The notes under the pieces were generated by a model that ran no database searches, had not been told where the DNA came from, and saw nothing but the letters and a program-made list of their open reading frames with translations. Shown piece by piece: positions 14,950 to 30,300 of a stretch of DNA of 64,000 bases. Where the stretch lies: NCBI GenBank assembly GCA_964035545.1, contig OZ037771.1, positions 8,363,408 to 8,427,407 on the forward strand, written 5' to 3'. The first letter of the stretch is position 1. Every line of letters starts with the position of its first letter. A program made the position numbers and the translations under genes. The DNA is from Bugula neritina (lineage: Eukaryota; Animalia; Bryozoa).

Positions 14950-17806
14950 CTTCAAGTCATCTTCAGGTTGAAGACGCTCCTCATACACCCTTTATTCTGT
15001 TCAACCTGGAACTCGGCTACAATATTTCACACCTTATTATCTGATTGTTAACATTTTCTTACAAATATTTATTTATCAATTTTTTTAAAAAGTGAAAATA
15101 TATGTTGAGATGCTCTATGAACATTCTATTGTCTAGAAAATTCTGAGTGTGTGTATTAGAGCAGATTATAGCTGGCGGATATAGTACCAGTCACCTTGAC
15201 AAAATTTGGTTATAATGAGGACGTTATGAGTTGCTAGAAAGAGGTAGCTGTGATCCTATAATAATGTGATAGTGTGACAGCAGCTTGCACTGTATAATAC
15301 TGCCACTATAAAAACTACTTTGTTGTAAATAAAGCTTTTAAATCACCTCACAAAACACTAAGTCTTCTAAAGTGAAACTGCTGCAAATAAAGCATTGCAG
15401 AAAAGTTCAGCCGTCCACCTGGACTTACGAGTAATATGAAATGCTGTTGTAACCAGGAGAGCAATATATTCTAAAATTGATTCAAATTATTCGTTCTATA
15501 TTACATAAAAACCTTATATTGGCGAAAAATAGGTGAGAACTAATAATATATTGACTATGGGTCCATGTACACACAGACGCCACAGCTTTATCAAACTTAT
15601 CAGAAAATTCGTTTCCTTGTGCATGCTGATATTGCATGATATACTTTAAAAACTGATATGCATTAAAAACCATGCTTTGTTATAATAGAGGAGCTTTATC
15701 TGAACATAATAAAGTTGAGTAGTGAATGTATGTATTTCAGTAATTTATGGCCCTTATAGAGGCTAAAGTGGATGTCGTCATCCCCTAAATTGTTTTATCA
15801 TTTCAAGTTCTTTGTAGGTCAACTAATGAATTTGTTTATTATTTATTGTATGATGAGAACCTGTCAAGGTAAGTACATACATACCCTGAATCTTATATTT
15901 CTGTAGTCACTGCCTATTGTATAATTTTGAACTTGTGTAATTTAAGGCGTTGTAATCTTACGTGAAATGCTATATTTTTTGTTTCAACAATAACAGTTTT
16001 GGTGTGTTTTTGAAATTTGAATGTGTAACTTGGAGCATATATAGTGTCAGTTAATGTATGTGTCTATAAAAACTACAAAAGGACATTTCAGTATCCTTAC
16101 AGCACTTGCAGGAGTTGTGGTCCTTTGACTGCAGTACCTACTAATCCATAAACATGTCTATAACGTAGCTTAACCTGGAGTCTTAGTGACCGTTCATTGT
16201 TCAGTCCTTTTTTGAAGGTTAAATGTAGTAATATGCATTTACTACATATAATGATGATACTGGATGCTAGAATCTTGATAATATCAAATAATTGTCTTTA
16301 AAATTGTGCAAGCTATGTCAAATTTAAGTGGTATACAGGAGCATACAGCAACATAACCTCCCTAAACAAAGGACAACACAACGTCTGGCAGACGTGAAAA
16401 CTGGAGATATTATATGTCTAATCACTCCCTCCACTACATTTCTGCCATTTTGATTTAAAAACTTGGATGATTAGTAAACAAAAATCTGCCATCAACAAAT
16501 AAACACAAGATTAGACAAGTTATTTCTTACACTTTTGCTTTCAATATCAATTAATTGCATGTGTTGATTTTTGGTAAAGTTCTGCCTGCAGCTCAGCATG
16601 CTTCAGCACCTTCAAAATAATGTTTTAGATAATTGCTGATTCTCTTAACTTCTACCTAATTGGAGCTCTAGAAACAATAAAATGAATAGACATGCATTAA
16701 TATTGACAGCACAATATTCTGCATGTATAGGCTCAATAGTTTCATAACATAGAAGGGTCAAACAACTTTCTTTTATTATACAAAGGGCCGGCATTAACTG
16801 CTTCTGCCTGAATGCACAATGCAGCTTCTACTCATTATCTTATTGACTGCACAGGTATGCAGGGGGTTATTGACTTAAAGCAAAATTATATCAGGGTTTT
16901 GTACACCCTCGCAGACTGGCAACGAATGGCAATACTGTAAAGTTAATTAAGCAAGAAAATTGCCTTTTCACTTTTGACTTTTATAACCGGTAGTAAACAG
17001 TACTATAATGCTTAGCTGGTTTCAGGTTTTCAATAAACAAAGTAGATAAAGTTTTTTGACTCTCAGAAACCATAAGCTAAGTAGCGCTGTGTAGCATGAT
17101 TGTGCCAAATATTGGTTGTTTTACTATTTTTTTCAAAATCTAAACTCAGTTTTATTATTCATCAAGCATGGCTGACATAATGCTTAAATGCGGTCTCTAT
17201 ACCTTATCTCTTTGTGCATAAAGTAATATGGTATGACTGTAAACTAGTGACTAGCATTGAAGTTGCAGCATACACGGGCAATGCTTTATTTGTCTCATGC
17301 AAACTCATTGATTTGCAGCCAATAGAATAATAGAGCCATCAACACAATCCAACTTCAAATATGTAAACTTATGCAAACACTCTACTCAAAGCATTGTATT
17401 GTAAAAGAAAGACCCCACTTTTTCCCTAGCTAGTGGTAAACTTATAATATATCGAACATCAATACTAGCAGATTTGTATCAAAGTGTATAGCATCTATAT
17501 GCATATCATAGTCTATACTGTGAAAGTTCCATAGCACCGCCTTACCACTGCACATCACATTTCTTTCCAATGTTTAAAAGCATGGTGTTTTTTTCTTTCA
17601 AATCCAAGAAAAACAAAGATAACAATACACAAAAAAGTAATGAATCTCACCAAATAAAATCTCATAAAATAGCTGTGATCGGAAAGTTTATAGTATTACA
17701 CAGTAAAAATATTATGCATTGCACATTACACATGCCTACCTGCAACTACAGATGATAATATATGTACTTGTAAACAGTTTCTACTCTCAATGTTTACTGG
17801 TTGCAG

Positions 17807-19001
17807 ATGTCTACAGCAAATAAGAAGTTAAATGTAGAAGAGATAAACTCTAAAAAGGAAATGGCGGAATCAAATCAGCTGACATCTGCTTCAGAGGTGA
17901 AAATTTGATGAAGTTTACAAGTTTCAATGCTGACTACATTTTTTTTAATTTGAGTCTCTACAGCCATATTGGATATTGGATTAGAAACTTGTATCAGCAG
18001 TCACAGCCATTGAGCTGGTTGTCTTAAACCCCCAGTTGTTTTGTTAAAACTCACCCAAGTTTATAGTCACCACCCTTGTGACAAACCTCTGGTGGAAAGG
18101 ATCTTTGTTAAGCAAGGCTAAGGATTTTTTCAGATAGGGCACAGGAGTAATTATGACTGGAGCTCTTCCTAACATCACTAATGGCCTTTGTGAGGGCTTG
18201 AACCCTTGACTTCATGCTTACTAGGCAAACGCTTTAACCCCTAGACTACGGCTGCTCCCCCCACCTTTATTCTGTTAGATATGGCTATATAGGGTTTTAG
18301 TAATCAGTGTTACTTTCAAATATATTCAGAAAGATGAGAATCTCTTTCCACTTCAAACTGTTAGTAACTTGGAGCTTTTTACCAGATGTTGTTTGACCTT
18401 CAAATTTACAGAAGTTGGTGCCATAGAGCTGTATGGTCTATTGTCAGCTCTTTAGGTTTTTGGTAAACAAATGTTTCCCCCATTCATGTTCAATGACTCA
18501 CTGATATAAATAGGGCCTTGAAATTTACTTCAACATTTTTGTTGAGCTGTTCTAACAAATATGAGTTTTTTTACAGTGTTGAACTGCTATTAGATTTCTT
18601 TATGTATCTGAGTCTAGTTTTTTTCTAAATATTTATAGGAGTCATCAAGCTGTAAAAGACTTGCTCCCACCTCAATAGATTCAGAGAATGGTTCTCGTAA
18701 GCAGAAAAGGCGTTTGGCAACACCAAATTTGTTCTATGAAGAAGAAACATTGGCTATTGATTATGCAATGGCACCGGCTACAAAGTCACGTTTCAAAAGG
18801 CTAATATCAAGAAAGCAAGAGAAGAATATTATAGGGGTGTGTGATTTGGACGTTGTCAAGCATAACATGCCCAAACTGTTGGACAGGAGGAATGGTTCAG
18901 ATGACATAGTGAAGCTGACACATGATAAGGTGCAGCAACAGTATGAAACTCTGACACAAGCTAAAGTCAATGAGCCAACTAGAATAAGTACTCACCTGTA
19001 G
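17807..19001 (+). CDS. Hypothetical 150-aa basic protein (exons 17807-17896 and 18639-19001)
   Basis: ttgcag|ATG MSTANKKLNVEEINSKKEMAESNQLTSASE|gtgaaa joins in phase 0 to ttatag|ESSSCKRLAPTSIDSENGSRKQKRRLATPNLFYEEE...STHL*. AATAAA at about 19135. No recognisable domain; RKQKRR is NLS-like. Confidence 0.55.
18040..18260 (-). mobile_element. tRNA-derived SINE, copy 1
   Basis: The reverse complement (ggagcagccgtagtctaggggttaaagcgtttgcctagtaagcatgaagtcaagggttcaagccc...gatgttaggaagagctccagtcataattactcctgtgcc) closely matches the copy at 54909. Confidence 0.85.
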
Positions 19002-21331
19002 CATTTATATAACAGCTTCAATCACACAAACAATCAATTTTCTAAAAAGAGATATACAAACAAATAACTCTCTAAACAGAAATCAATGTTTTAAAATTAA
19101 TTTTCTTACAAGTTTTCATATGAATGCTCTTAATAATAAAACTGTACCTTATAAAGGCAGAAGCTTACTTTTCAGTAGTTATGAGTTAACTTCTAATGAG
19201 CTGAAACATGCTGTGAAAGAAGATATTGCTATGCTGAACTCTTGTATATGTTAGAGCAGGTACCACAATCTCTTTTTAAACCTTCGATATTTCAAATTCT
19301 TAAATCAAAACCTTGAACCATTGAAATATAACTTTTAGTTAACATTTAATATAAGTTTCAATTCAGTGCCTTCAACTGTGAATAAAGGTTTTTAGATTTT
19401 CTGGTGGTACTTATTTTTAGACCAGAATTATGGCTTTTGGTTTGGAGCATATAAATTCTCTAAACCTCAATTGATGGCTAGAATACAGAATTTCTCAAAT
19501 ATATTCAAACTTTTACGTAATTCACAAGTATTCAGTTATATATGCTACTTATACTAACCAGCCCTATACGAGACATAACTTTATAAAGTATAAAGAATAG
19601 CTAAATATAAAACCCTGTCCACAAACAAGTTGCATTTCTGAAACTATTGTAGACAGCTGACACCTGTTAACACTTTGGCAAGTCAGAAAGAGTTGACAAG
19701 TAACTAATATTGTATTTAGGTCAACAAATATGGTGCTGTCAAGTAAATTAGCCCATGAGCGGCTTAAGGGGTTTTATAGTTAGTAATCTTGGTATAGCTG
19801 AGTACATGTAGTACACATGAGAGCATCTACAATGTATATGCAATATACATGCAATACACTACAGGCTCTCTAAGAATATAAAAGAAATCACAGCAATTTA
19901 TTGATTTAGGAGAGTAATAGGTTTGAGAAAGTCATTTCTAATATTATAGAGTCTGGAAACTCAGGTCAATGTCCTGGCGTTACGTCTTACTAAAACTCCT
20001 AGTATATCCCACTAGAACTCCTAGTATATCACACTAAAACCCCTAGTATATCACACTAGAACTCCTAGTATATCACACTAGAACTTTCTGTTTGCAGTAG
20101 TAAGTTAGCACAATAATGTAAGTGTACTTTAGGTTAGCATAATAACATAAATGTACTGTAAGTTCACACAGTAGTGTAGATGTACTCTAATTTAATGCAG
20201 TAGTTAAGATGTAGTGTAAGTTAATACAGCAGTGTAAGTGTATTGTAGGTAAATGCTATACCCCTAGTGTAAATGTACTGTCAGTTAACATAGTAGTACA
20301 AATGTACTGTAAGTTAGCAAAGTAGTGTAGGTGTACTCTAAGTGAACACAGTAGTTGAGATGTAATGTAAGTAAATACCATAATGTAGGTGTAATGTAAG
20401 TAAATACCATAATGTAGACAACATAAAATTTACACAATGGTATTACATCATAGCCTTCCATCTCCAAATTCATTACAAGTATAGGCTGATTTTTGTCAGA
20501 CCTTGCAAACTGTCCTGTCTATATATCTCCTGTATTTAATCGTTCAGCAAATAAAACAATTCATTGGATGCCATTCAGGTGCAGTGGTAGAGAAATTTCA
20601 ATAGGCCTTGATTTTTTAATTTTCTTGATAAGTTTTGGTTTAGAACTAAAATGTAAATTCTTTTGAGTACATAATTTTTTCCTACACTTTTTTATCTAGA
20701 ACTCCATTTTTTCATTTCCGTGTGTACACTTTTAATTCATTACACCTACGTATTATTCGAATAAATGGTAAAGCTGATGAACTTGCACTATTGTAAACAA
20801 TGTAAATGATGTTTAACCATTATCTTTACCTACTCATTATTTAATTGTTTTGTTTCCTAATTATTGCAGCTTACTAGTAAACATCATTGTTTGTGCTTAA
20901 ACCATCACAATAATAGCTAATTAGTGCCTGTTCTGACTTGTGTCCTTTTGTTTTGTATTCTGGTAAATTTTAATCACTTGCAGAAAATTCCCAAAACTTG
21001 CTGGTCAGCTATGAGCTAACGCAGAGCAAATGTTATGCTGCCTTACACCATATCTTATTGTGCATTACATGAATACATTTAAATGAAATATGGGTTAAAC
21101 CGGCTCCATAATACGGCTACATTGTTCATATGCAAATGAGATTCTATTGTGCCATCCTAATAACTGCTTCTACTCAAGCCGGTTGCTTATTTGACTGTAA
21201 GTCATCTTAAGGGCGTTGCAACCTGCATTCAGTCACCTGAAGCTTCTGGCAGTTGGTTGCAGGTGGTTTGGTCATTCTATTTTTAAACGAAAGCTGAACT
21301 GAAGGCATCATCTCTGAGCTGAGCAGTTAAA

Positions 21332-24300
21332 ATGAAGGTTTGCTATTTGGTGGCTCTGCTGGCCAGTGTTCTCACTTCAAGCTGTAAGTCTTTTTTTATT
21401 TTAAATTTTTTTATCAAACTTGTCAAAAAAAAATAAAATGCTGTACAATATTTTTAAGAACTTAAAGCATGCTAATTAGGCTGCTTTGCCTTGTACCGAG
21501 ACATAGTATAAGTTATATACTATTGCAGCTTTTTGTGAACCAAAGGGTATTGCATCAATTGATGTACAAAATTTGTTTTCCTGTTTACTTGATTTTTAAT
21601 TTATGAGGTTTGAAGTAAAAATTATGCATGATGAATTTTGTATTTTGTATTGATGTTTATATATACTTGAAAAAATAACATCTTATTTGAAGTTTTGTTT
21701 ATTAAAGTGCAAACTTTACATTCTATTATGGTTGCCGTTGATCATATTCACATTTATTATGACTATATGAATATTATTATGATATGGTTGTAGTGATTTC
21801 TATCATAATTGTTACTATGTTAATCATGCAATCACAGCAACGCAGGCATTTTAAAACTCATCAAACGAAAGCTGATAATTGAACTGTTAATACAAACTGG
21901 GCAGTATGTTTTTAATATGATATATGCAAAGTCAGTTAACTTGTTTTACTAGCAGTTAATACAAAATTTGTTTTAGATTTACTTAATGCTTGATGTGCAT
22001 ACATTATAAGGCTAAGTAGTGCATAAGGCAATGCGGTTCATGTCTAACAGATACAGTAATTATGCATGAATGTGAATACATGAGAGTTACTCAGAAAAAT
22101 GTCAGTTTCCTTAGTATAGCAAGGCACTGTATTTTATTGCACTATTAATAGTATAATATTGCATAGCATGCAGTTGGTGCTGTGCATCATAGTATCATGA
22201 CATGACATGTTATCATGTCATTTCATTATATATTACATGATATATTATACTATATTATGTGTGATACGTCATATTGTATTACATTTGTAACATGGCCTGT
22301 GACAGTACATAAGCTTCTTTTACACAAAACAAGTATTTTTATAGGCTTATTCATAAGTTTCAATGCAATGGTTTTGCATATGCATACTTCACTAAATAAG
22401 ATAATGTATAATTGAAATTTAATTCAATGCTTGTCAGTGATTGGTTGATCAAGTAGCTGATACCAGGGTGTCCATTCCTGTTGCTTTTTCAACCTGAATG
22501 GGTGTTGTCCTGCAGTCTAATTAAAAATGACTTTTAAGCTTCTATCGCTAACAGTATAAATAAATAAAATAAACTAGTACATCGGCATTTTAACCATCCA
22601 CCAGATAGAATAGTGGTCATCATGCGTAAGGATTTAAATCTGTTGCTGTGTCTGGAACAATGCAATGACACTTCAAGTTTGTGAATTTAAGATGAAAGTA
22701 GAATCAAATTACTTTAAGACCATATTGATAGACAATACATCTAGAGAAGACAACTCTATTATGTTGTCAACATACTTTACCTGACTTACCTTATTTTATA
22801 TCTTAAAAGTGCTTTTTGTAGTTATAGTTTTTATCAATACACACATTGCAACACATTGCATAACATAACACGTGTTAGTGCTAAAAGGGCTACAAATTGC
22901 TGCAAGTGCCTGAAAAAGCAGTTTTGAATTTATAAATAATGATATACTCTTAACAAAGAAATGGTCCAGCTGAGGTGATTTAAATACAATACTATATTTT
23001 ACACTGTATAAAACATGATTATTTTCACAGCGTACCAGAAGGATTGAAAAGACTATAGATTTTAACTTTCAGTTACACAGTATAGAAGCAGTTTTATGAG
23101 GAACAGCAATAAATACTGTTCAACATAATACTGCTTCTATCTTATGACAATTACAGTACTACCCCATATAACTGCTTCTATGTTACAGTACATAGTGCTA
23201 TATGCTAGATTACATCATGTGGCAAACTCATTCAATGTTTTCTGATCAGTCTTTGACTTTATTGTTTTGTCACCCCAACTTTATGCTGTCACTATGCCAT
23301 TATTTTTGCATAAATATGGTTTCGAATTGTTTACAGTTTGATGTAAAGCTTTCCCAAATAGTTTATTGTTCAACAAATTATTATTGATAGGTTTGAGAAT
23401 ACGAGTAGATAATAAAATAGGAGTAATCTACTCTCGTCTTCATCTAACATTTAACTTTTTCGTTACAGAATATTCAACAAGGAATCTGTCAAATTCCTTA
23501 GTAAATCTGAAGTAGTATTTAGCACCAGATTTTTTTAAGAGAAGTAAAGAGTTTAAGGGGTGTTTTGATGGTCTCCGTATAAAAGTGGCTCTATATAATA
23601 TTGTAGATGGAAACACGGCTGGAAGGACTTTTCATTTGGTGTTTTTGGAGAACACTGTTGAAGCTCCAAGAGACAACCCCTTAGAAGTACATGTTTCCAA
23701 TCTTAATAGCTTGTCAGCTACTGTAACCGTATCATCACCGATGACATCTTGCGGGGAAGAGACGAAAGTGGTCCCAGCCAGTAAGTGACGTATTCCTTTG
23801 CCTCTTGTACTACAGAACTAACTTTCTTGTAGGAGATTTTCTATTTTTTAATTTTGATTGCTATTGTTGTAAATAAAGTGGGACATATAGCAGCACCATG
23901 TGATTGAATAAGGCACCAATATGCCACATGTAAGGATGAGACTTACAGTCTATAAAGACTATATTATAGTCAACATGAACTGCGGTCACTGTTACTTACA
24001 AGCTAAAGTATCTAGAGACTTTCACTGAGCAAAAGGAGATGACTGATTGCACTCAGTGAGTAGGCAAACTAGTAGTTATGGCGAGTAGTGACTGAGAGTG
24101 ACTGTACGCAATGTGAAGTCATCAAAATTTTAATATATACAAAATAAAATATAATAAGTATCTTCTAATTGAAATTTTACTGCCAATAAGATTTGAACAG
24201 CGGTATACACGCTGTAGCTATAAGGGTTGAGAATTGAAATAATTAAATAAATTGCGTACAGTTTTGAGCCTGATGCCTCAATCTAACATTTGGTACAGTT

Positions 24301-27300
24301 TTTAGATTGGCATTAGCAAGCCTGCTCACCAAATTACAAAACATTATTTTTTATTCATTGTATGGACTAAACTAAAGCTAACAGTGGTCTGGTAGCACAA
24401 GAAAAATGAAAATTAGTTTTATAGAAAATCCAATGATGAAAGCAATTTTGTTTCCTGATTTTGTTAGTAGATTGTGTGAGTAATAATTACCTTGTTCTGC
24501 TTGTCTACAGTCAGTGTAGATAGTGTTTAATTTATCTTGTCCGTCATTGATGTTACTTTAGTATGTTTATAGATGTAGCAGTGTTCACCTTATTCTACCC
24601 ATATACAGTGTCAGGAAGATTTACCTTGTTTTCATTACAGATAGTGTTGTGAAGTTTGACGTCTGCTGGTGGATGAGGTTGGTGCCCACAGACTATTGGC
24701 CGACCCGTAAGACAGTACTGGTCGAGTCAAACAGAGATGTCATGGTAAACATTTGATAAAACTATTACACAATTTCATATCACATAAACAATAGTTTAAA
24801 CAGTACATAATATCCTAGTTAATTTTACAATTTTCTGCCCTTTGTTGTAGCTTAATTATGTTTCATTTGTTGGGAAAATTCACAATGAATGTATAACCTG
24901 AGTAAAGCAACCTTTTCAGATAGAATTGAAAGCTAATAAAGCCAACCATCCACTTAATATTCACAGGTTTATGGATTCAACAAGGAGCTGTTTTCGGCTG
25001 ATGGCTTCTTTGTTGTTCCAACTGACGAACTTGCATTTTCTTATGTCTTGGCCGCCTATGATGAAGCCAACATTGCTACTCAGTTCGCCATTTCTGCTTT
25101 GGAAGATACCAATGTGCAAATCACATTGCCTTCTAATCGTAAGGAAATTTTCTGCTACCCTGTCTTGTCATATGACATAAAGCACTTCTCTGTATGATTT
25201 ACTTTCTATATTGATGGTTATATAAATTATATTTTTAACAAACATATTATTTTCCGTTAAACTTGTATTATAAAGTTCAATTCAACAAATTCAACCGTAC
25301 AATACATGCTAGTTTAGACAGAGTGAATAATTCAAATTGCATCATTCTAAATTCATTACATATCTTATATTAGTAAATAACTTCTTTTACAGCTGATTTG
25401 ACTGTGCAAATAAACTACAGGGGTCTGATCTACACCAACGGAGACACTTTCACCATTGTGCTAGGACAATACGAGACCTATCTTGGCCAGAGCAGAGGAG
25501 ACTTAACTGGAGCTTTTATTGTAGCAGATAAACCGGTACGTATGTTTGCATCACAGAGATGTCTGATACAGTCCAGCACTTTTAACTATTCTAACCAGCT
25601 GAAACAGTTATTCTACATATACTAATACTTCTACACTGAGTACTACATATACTAGTACTTCTACACTGAGTACTACATATACTAGTACTTCTACACTGAG
25701 TACTACATATACTAGTACTTCTACACTGAGTACTACATATACTAGTACTTCTACACTGAGTACTACATATACTAATACTTCTACACTGAGTATTACATAT
25801 ACTAGTACTTCTACACTGAGTACTACATATACTAATACTTCTACACTGAGTACTACGTATACTAATACTTCTACTGAGTACTACATATACTAATACTTCT
25901 ACACTGAGTACTACGTATACTAATACTTCTACTGAGTACTACATATACTAATACTTCTACACTGAGTACTACATATACTAGTACTTCTACACTGAGTACT
26001 ACATATACTAGTACTTCTACACTGAGTACTACATATACTCTACAGATTGCTGTGTTTTCCGGAAATGTGAGAAACAAAGCTTCAGCTGGATCAAGAGATC
26101 ATCTTGTGGCTCAACTTCTTCCAACCGGAGATTTCGGTACAAAGTTTGCCCTTTCGCCTGTTCCAAGGACGGAAAACTATGGTGACAATGCTCGGATTAT
26201 AGGTAATGTTATATTCAGTGCTAATATATAGGTAATGTTATACTCAGTGGTAATATATAGGTAATGTTATATACAGTGATAATATATAGGTAATGTAATA
26301 TACAGTGGTAATATATAGGTAATGTTATATACAGTGGTAATATATAGGTAATGTTATATTCAGTGGTAATATATAGGTAATGTTATATACAGTGGTAATA
26401 TATAGGTAATGTAATATACAGTGGTAATATATAGGTAATGTTATATTCAGTGGTAATATATAGGGAATGTTATATTCAGTGCTAATATATAGGTAATGTT
26501 ATACTCAGTGGTAATATATAGGTAATGTTATATACAGTGATAATATATAGGTAATGTAATATACAGTGGTAATATATAGGTAATGTTATATACAGTGGTA
26601 ATATATAGGTAATGTTATATTCAGTGGTAATATATAGGTAATGTAATATACAGTGGTAATATATAGGTAATGTTATATTCAGTGGTAATATATAGGTAAT
26701 GTTATATTCAGTGGTAATATATAGGTAATGTTATACTCAGCGGTAATATATAGGTAATGTTATATACAGTGATAATATATAGGTAATGTAATATACAGTG
26801 GTAATATATAGGTAATGTTATATACAGTGGTAATATATAGGTAATGTTATATTCAGTGGTAATATATAGGTAATGTTATATACAGTGGTAATATATAGGT
26901 AATGTAATATACAGTGGTAATATATAGGTAATGTTATATTCAGTGGTAATATATAGGTAATGTTATATTCAGTGGTAATATATAGGTAATGTTATATACA
27001 GTGGTAATATATAGGTAATGTTATATTCAGTGGTAATATATAGGTAATGTAATATACAGTGGTAATATATAGGTAATGTTATATTCAGTGCTAATATATA
27101 GGTAATGTTATATTCAGTGGTAATATATAGGTAATGTTATATTCAGTGGTAATATATAGGTAATGTTATATACAGTGATAATATATAGGTAATGTAATAT
27201 ACAGTGGTAATATATAGGTAATGTTATATACAGTGGTAATATATAGGTAATGTTATATTCAGTGGTAATATATAGGTAATGTAATATACAGTGGTAATAT

Positions 27301-30300
27301 ATAGGTAATGTTATATTCAGTGGTAATATATAGGTAATGTTATATTCAGTGCTAATATATAGGTAATGTTATACTCAGTGGTAATATATAGGTAATGTTA
27401 TATACAGTGATAATATATAGGTAATGTAATATACAGTGGTAATATATAGGTAATGTTATATACAGTGGTAATATATAGGTAATGTTATATTCAGTGGTAA
27501 TATATAGGTAATGTTATATACAGTGGTAATATATAGGTAATGTAATATACAGTGGTAATATATAGGTAATGTTATATTCAGTGCTAATATATAGGTTATG
27601 TTATACTCAGTGGTAATATATAGGTAATGTTATATTCAGTGGTAATATATAGGTAATGTAATATACAGTGCTAATATATAGGGAATGTTATATATACAAT
27701 ATTGATATAATATACATGTAGGTAATATATGCGGTAAGATATGCAATGCTAATTATATAATATATGTAGGTGTAAGTAATATATGTACATGTATGTTGTT
27801 AATATGCTCCACAAATGAGTATAGGCTAAGTTTTGATTGATACTACCTGCACACACATTTGTGCAAGAAATGTATGCATGTTATATCGTAGCCTCCAAAG
27901 CAAACACTGATTACACCATCAGAAGTGAGTCTGGTATAGAGATACAAGGCACTCTGCAGAATCCTGGCGACTACTACGGATTTTCTGTTCAGAGATCTAT
28001 TGTGATTACAACTAGTGAGGATGTGGAGGTGAGTTCAAGGTCACACATGTTTCACGACACTTCCTAAGTTATAAATATTTTAAACCTATCGGCAGGCTTG
28101 CTACAGTCAACGCCTCAACTGTATTGAGCATGTCTTAACTTCCTTTTAGTTGCCAACATCTGTTTAGGCTAAGCTGCTAGAGTTCTCATTGCATGTGTTA
28201 CTGGTCAAAGCTATGAGGTAACAATTTCCAACGTAACTTTTACAGGTCATACAAATGGTGAGGTCTCAAGCCGCCCCGAGGATATCAGACGTTGCTGATC
28301 CTGCTATGTTCTTATTGGTCAGTGAAAGTCAGTGGCTGAATGAGTACAGGTCACCAGCCTTGACCTCAGAGGTTGGCAATGGGGCTGCTTACCAAAAGAA
28401 CTTTGCTTTCCTTGCTATTGCCGTAAGTTCAACAACTACTCTAAAGTATTATCAGAAATCCAACTGGTTATTTTGCATATAGATAGATAGGTATTACATG
28501 TGTACATGCGCAAGCATACTTCGCATACATACCACATAACATGCATGTGTGTATACACATACATGCATATATACTAACTTAATATACTTAATATACAAAT
28601 TCAACTCATTAAGATTCAAAATATCTTATCAGAATAGATACTCCTAATTCAAGATTTAAATTTATAAGAGTTTTTGTTGCTTTTTATTGAAATTCGGCCT
28701 CACTTTCATTTTATATTTGTAAAGGAGCATAACTCCTGCAGTATTCCAGTACACTTTCTGATAATCTTCATGGGACAAATTATTTGAAGGTGGATTTCAA
28801 AATATTCTTGTGATCAAGATGTTAAACTTAACTGCAATAAAGTGAATACTAATAAGAAATTTTAATTTCATCTTTTATTTTATAGAGTGGCAACCAAAAC
28901 GGACTTCGAATCAACGGTGGCTCCTTTAGTGCAACCTGGGACGTTATTGACGGAATCGCAATGTCGTGGGTGACTGTTAGTTCAAGCAGTCAGCGGTTTA
29001 CCCACGTATCCAATGTAGACTTCGGTGTGATGGTGTACGGCGCTTCAGATAGAGAGAGCTACGCCTTTGCTCTAGGTGCTGACCTTAGCAACAGCAAAGT
29101 AAGACAAAACACTATATTGTAAGTTACGACATCTGATTAGGTAAACAATATTTGTTTGTTTGAGGAATAAACCAGTTTATTAAATTCATTTGGGTAGTGC
29201 AGTATAGAATAATTCTAATAGCCTAAGTCTTTTAACTGTCTTTATGAATTTTGGCTTGGGACGTGGGTTGAAACTTCTTCAAGGACATAGCTGTTTTCTA
29301 TACTGCTTACCTTATAGAACAGAGACCTATTTTCAGTTTTTCTATTACTACACATCTTATTGTTGTAAAATGTATTGCTGAGCATTTGGAGGAACATTTA
29401 ATTATTTTCTACAGTAGGTTATAGACATCATTGCAAATTGCTATTTCTATTTGAGCTCATTGGTATGAATAAAATTGATATCGTTCAATTGAGCTCATAT
29501 TTACATGAAAATTCACACATGCAGGAGGAGATAAAATATGGTGGGGAAACTCTGAGTAAAACTGTATTTAATAATGGTGGTAGTGTAAGTAGAAGTTGTT
29601 TTCCCTATTGTACTCCTTCTTGTCACCTGTAACTGCATGCATGCCTCCATCCTCTCTAAACACTGTAGCTCATTCCTTGTCCACCCTTTACACATGTTCT
29701 TACAGTTGTAACTCACCCAGTAAGCTTTAATTGGAAGTTAGTACTAAATTAATTGAGGTCATTAAAAGGTATTGAAAATATAACAAGCTAGCCTTCAGCA
29801 CCTTTTTGTATAGTGTTAGGATACACAGCTATTTGTCTGCATGTCTACCTGTCTGTTTTTTTGACTACTTGTATGCATGTTTGTCTGTCTGTCTACCAAA
29901 TATTTTTATAAGCAAGAATTTATCTTTAACAGAAGATTGCTTTTACATCTCCATCACAGAGGAGATTAGTATGCTGTATAAATATAACCATGGCTGATTT
30001 GTTACGTATATACAGCGATAGATATAACCCCAGCGTATCTAAATCATACAACAACTACATAAATTGCCGTAAGCAAAAAATATGTAGATACGAGCAACAC
30101 ACCTGGGATACTGAGATTGACATCTTTAGTTTGGTCTGTGGACTATACTATCTTTATTCTTTAACACCTATGTAAGCATCTGAGTGTACGCTGACTCAAA
30201 TTTTATAGTGCCAGGCTTCATTCATGGTCAGAAGTGATGGGGTCGATAATGACTGTGATGGTCAGGTTGACGAAGAGTCCTGCAACTCTGTTGATGATGA

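Noticed and set aside
25612-27695. 30-bp and 29-bp arrays as possible CRISPR arrays
   Set aside because: Head-to-tail repeats with no unique spacers, inside eukaryotic introns, with no cas genes.
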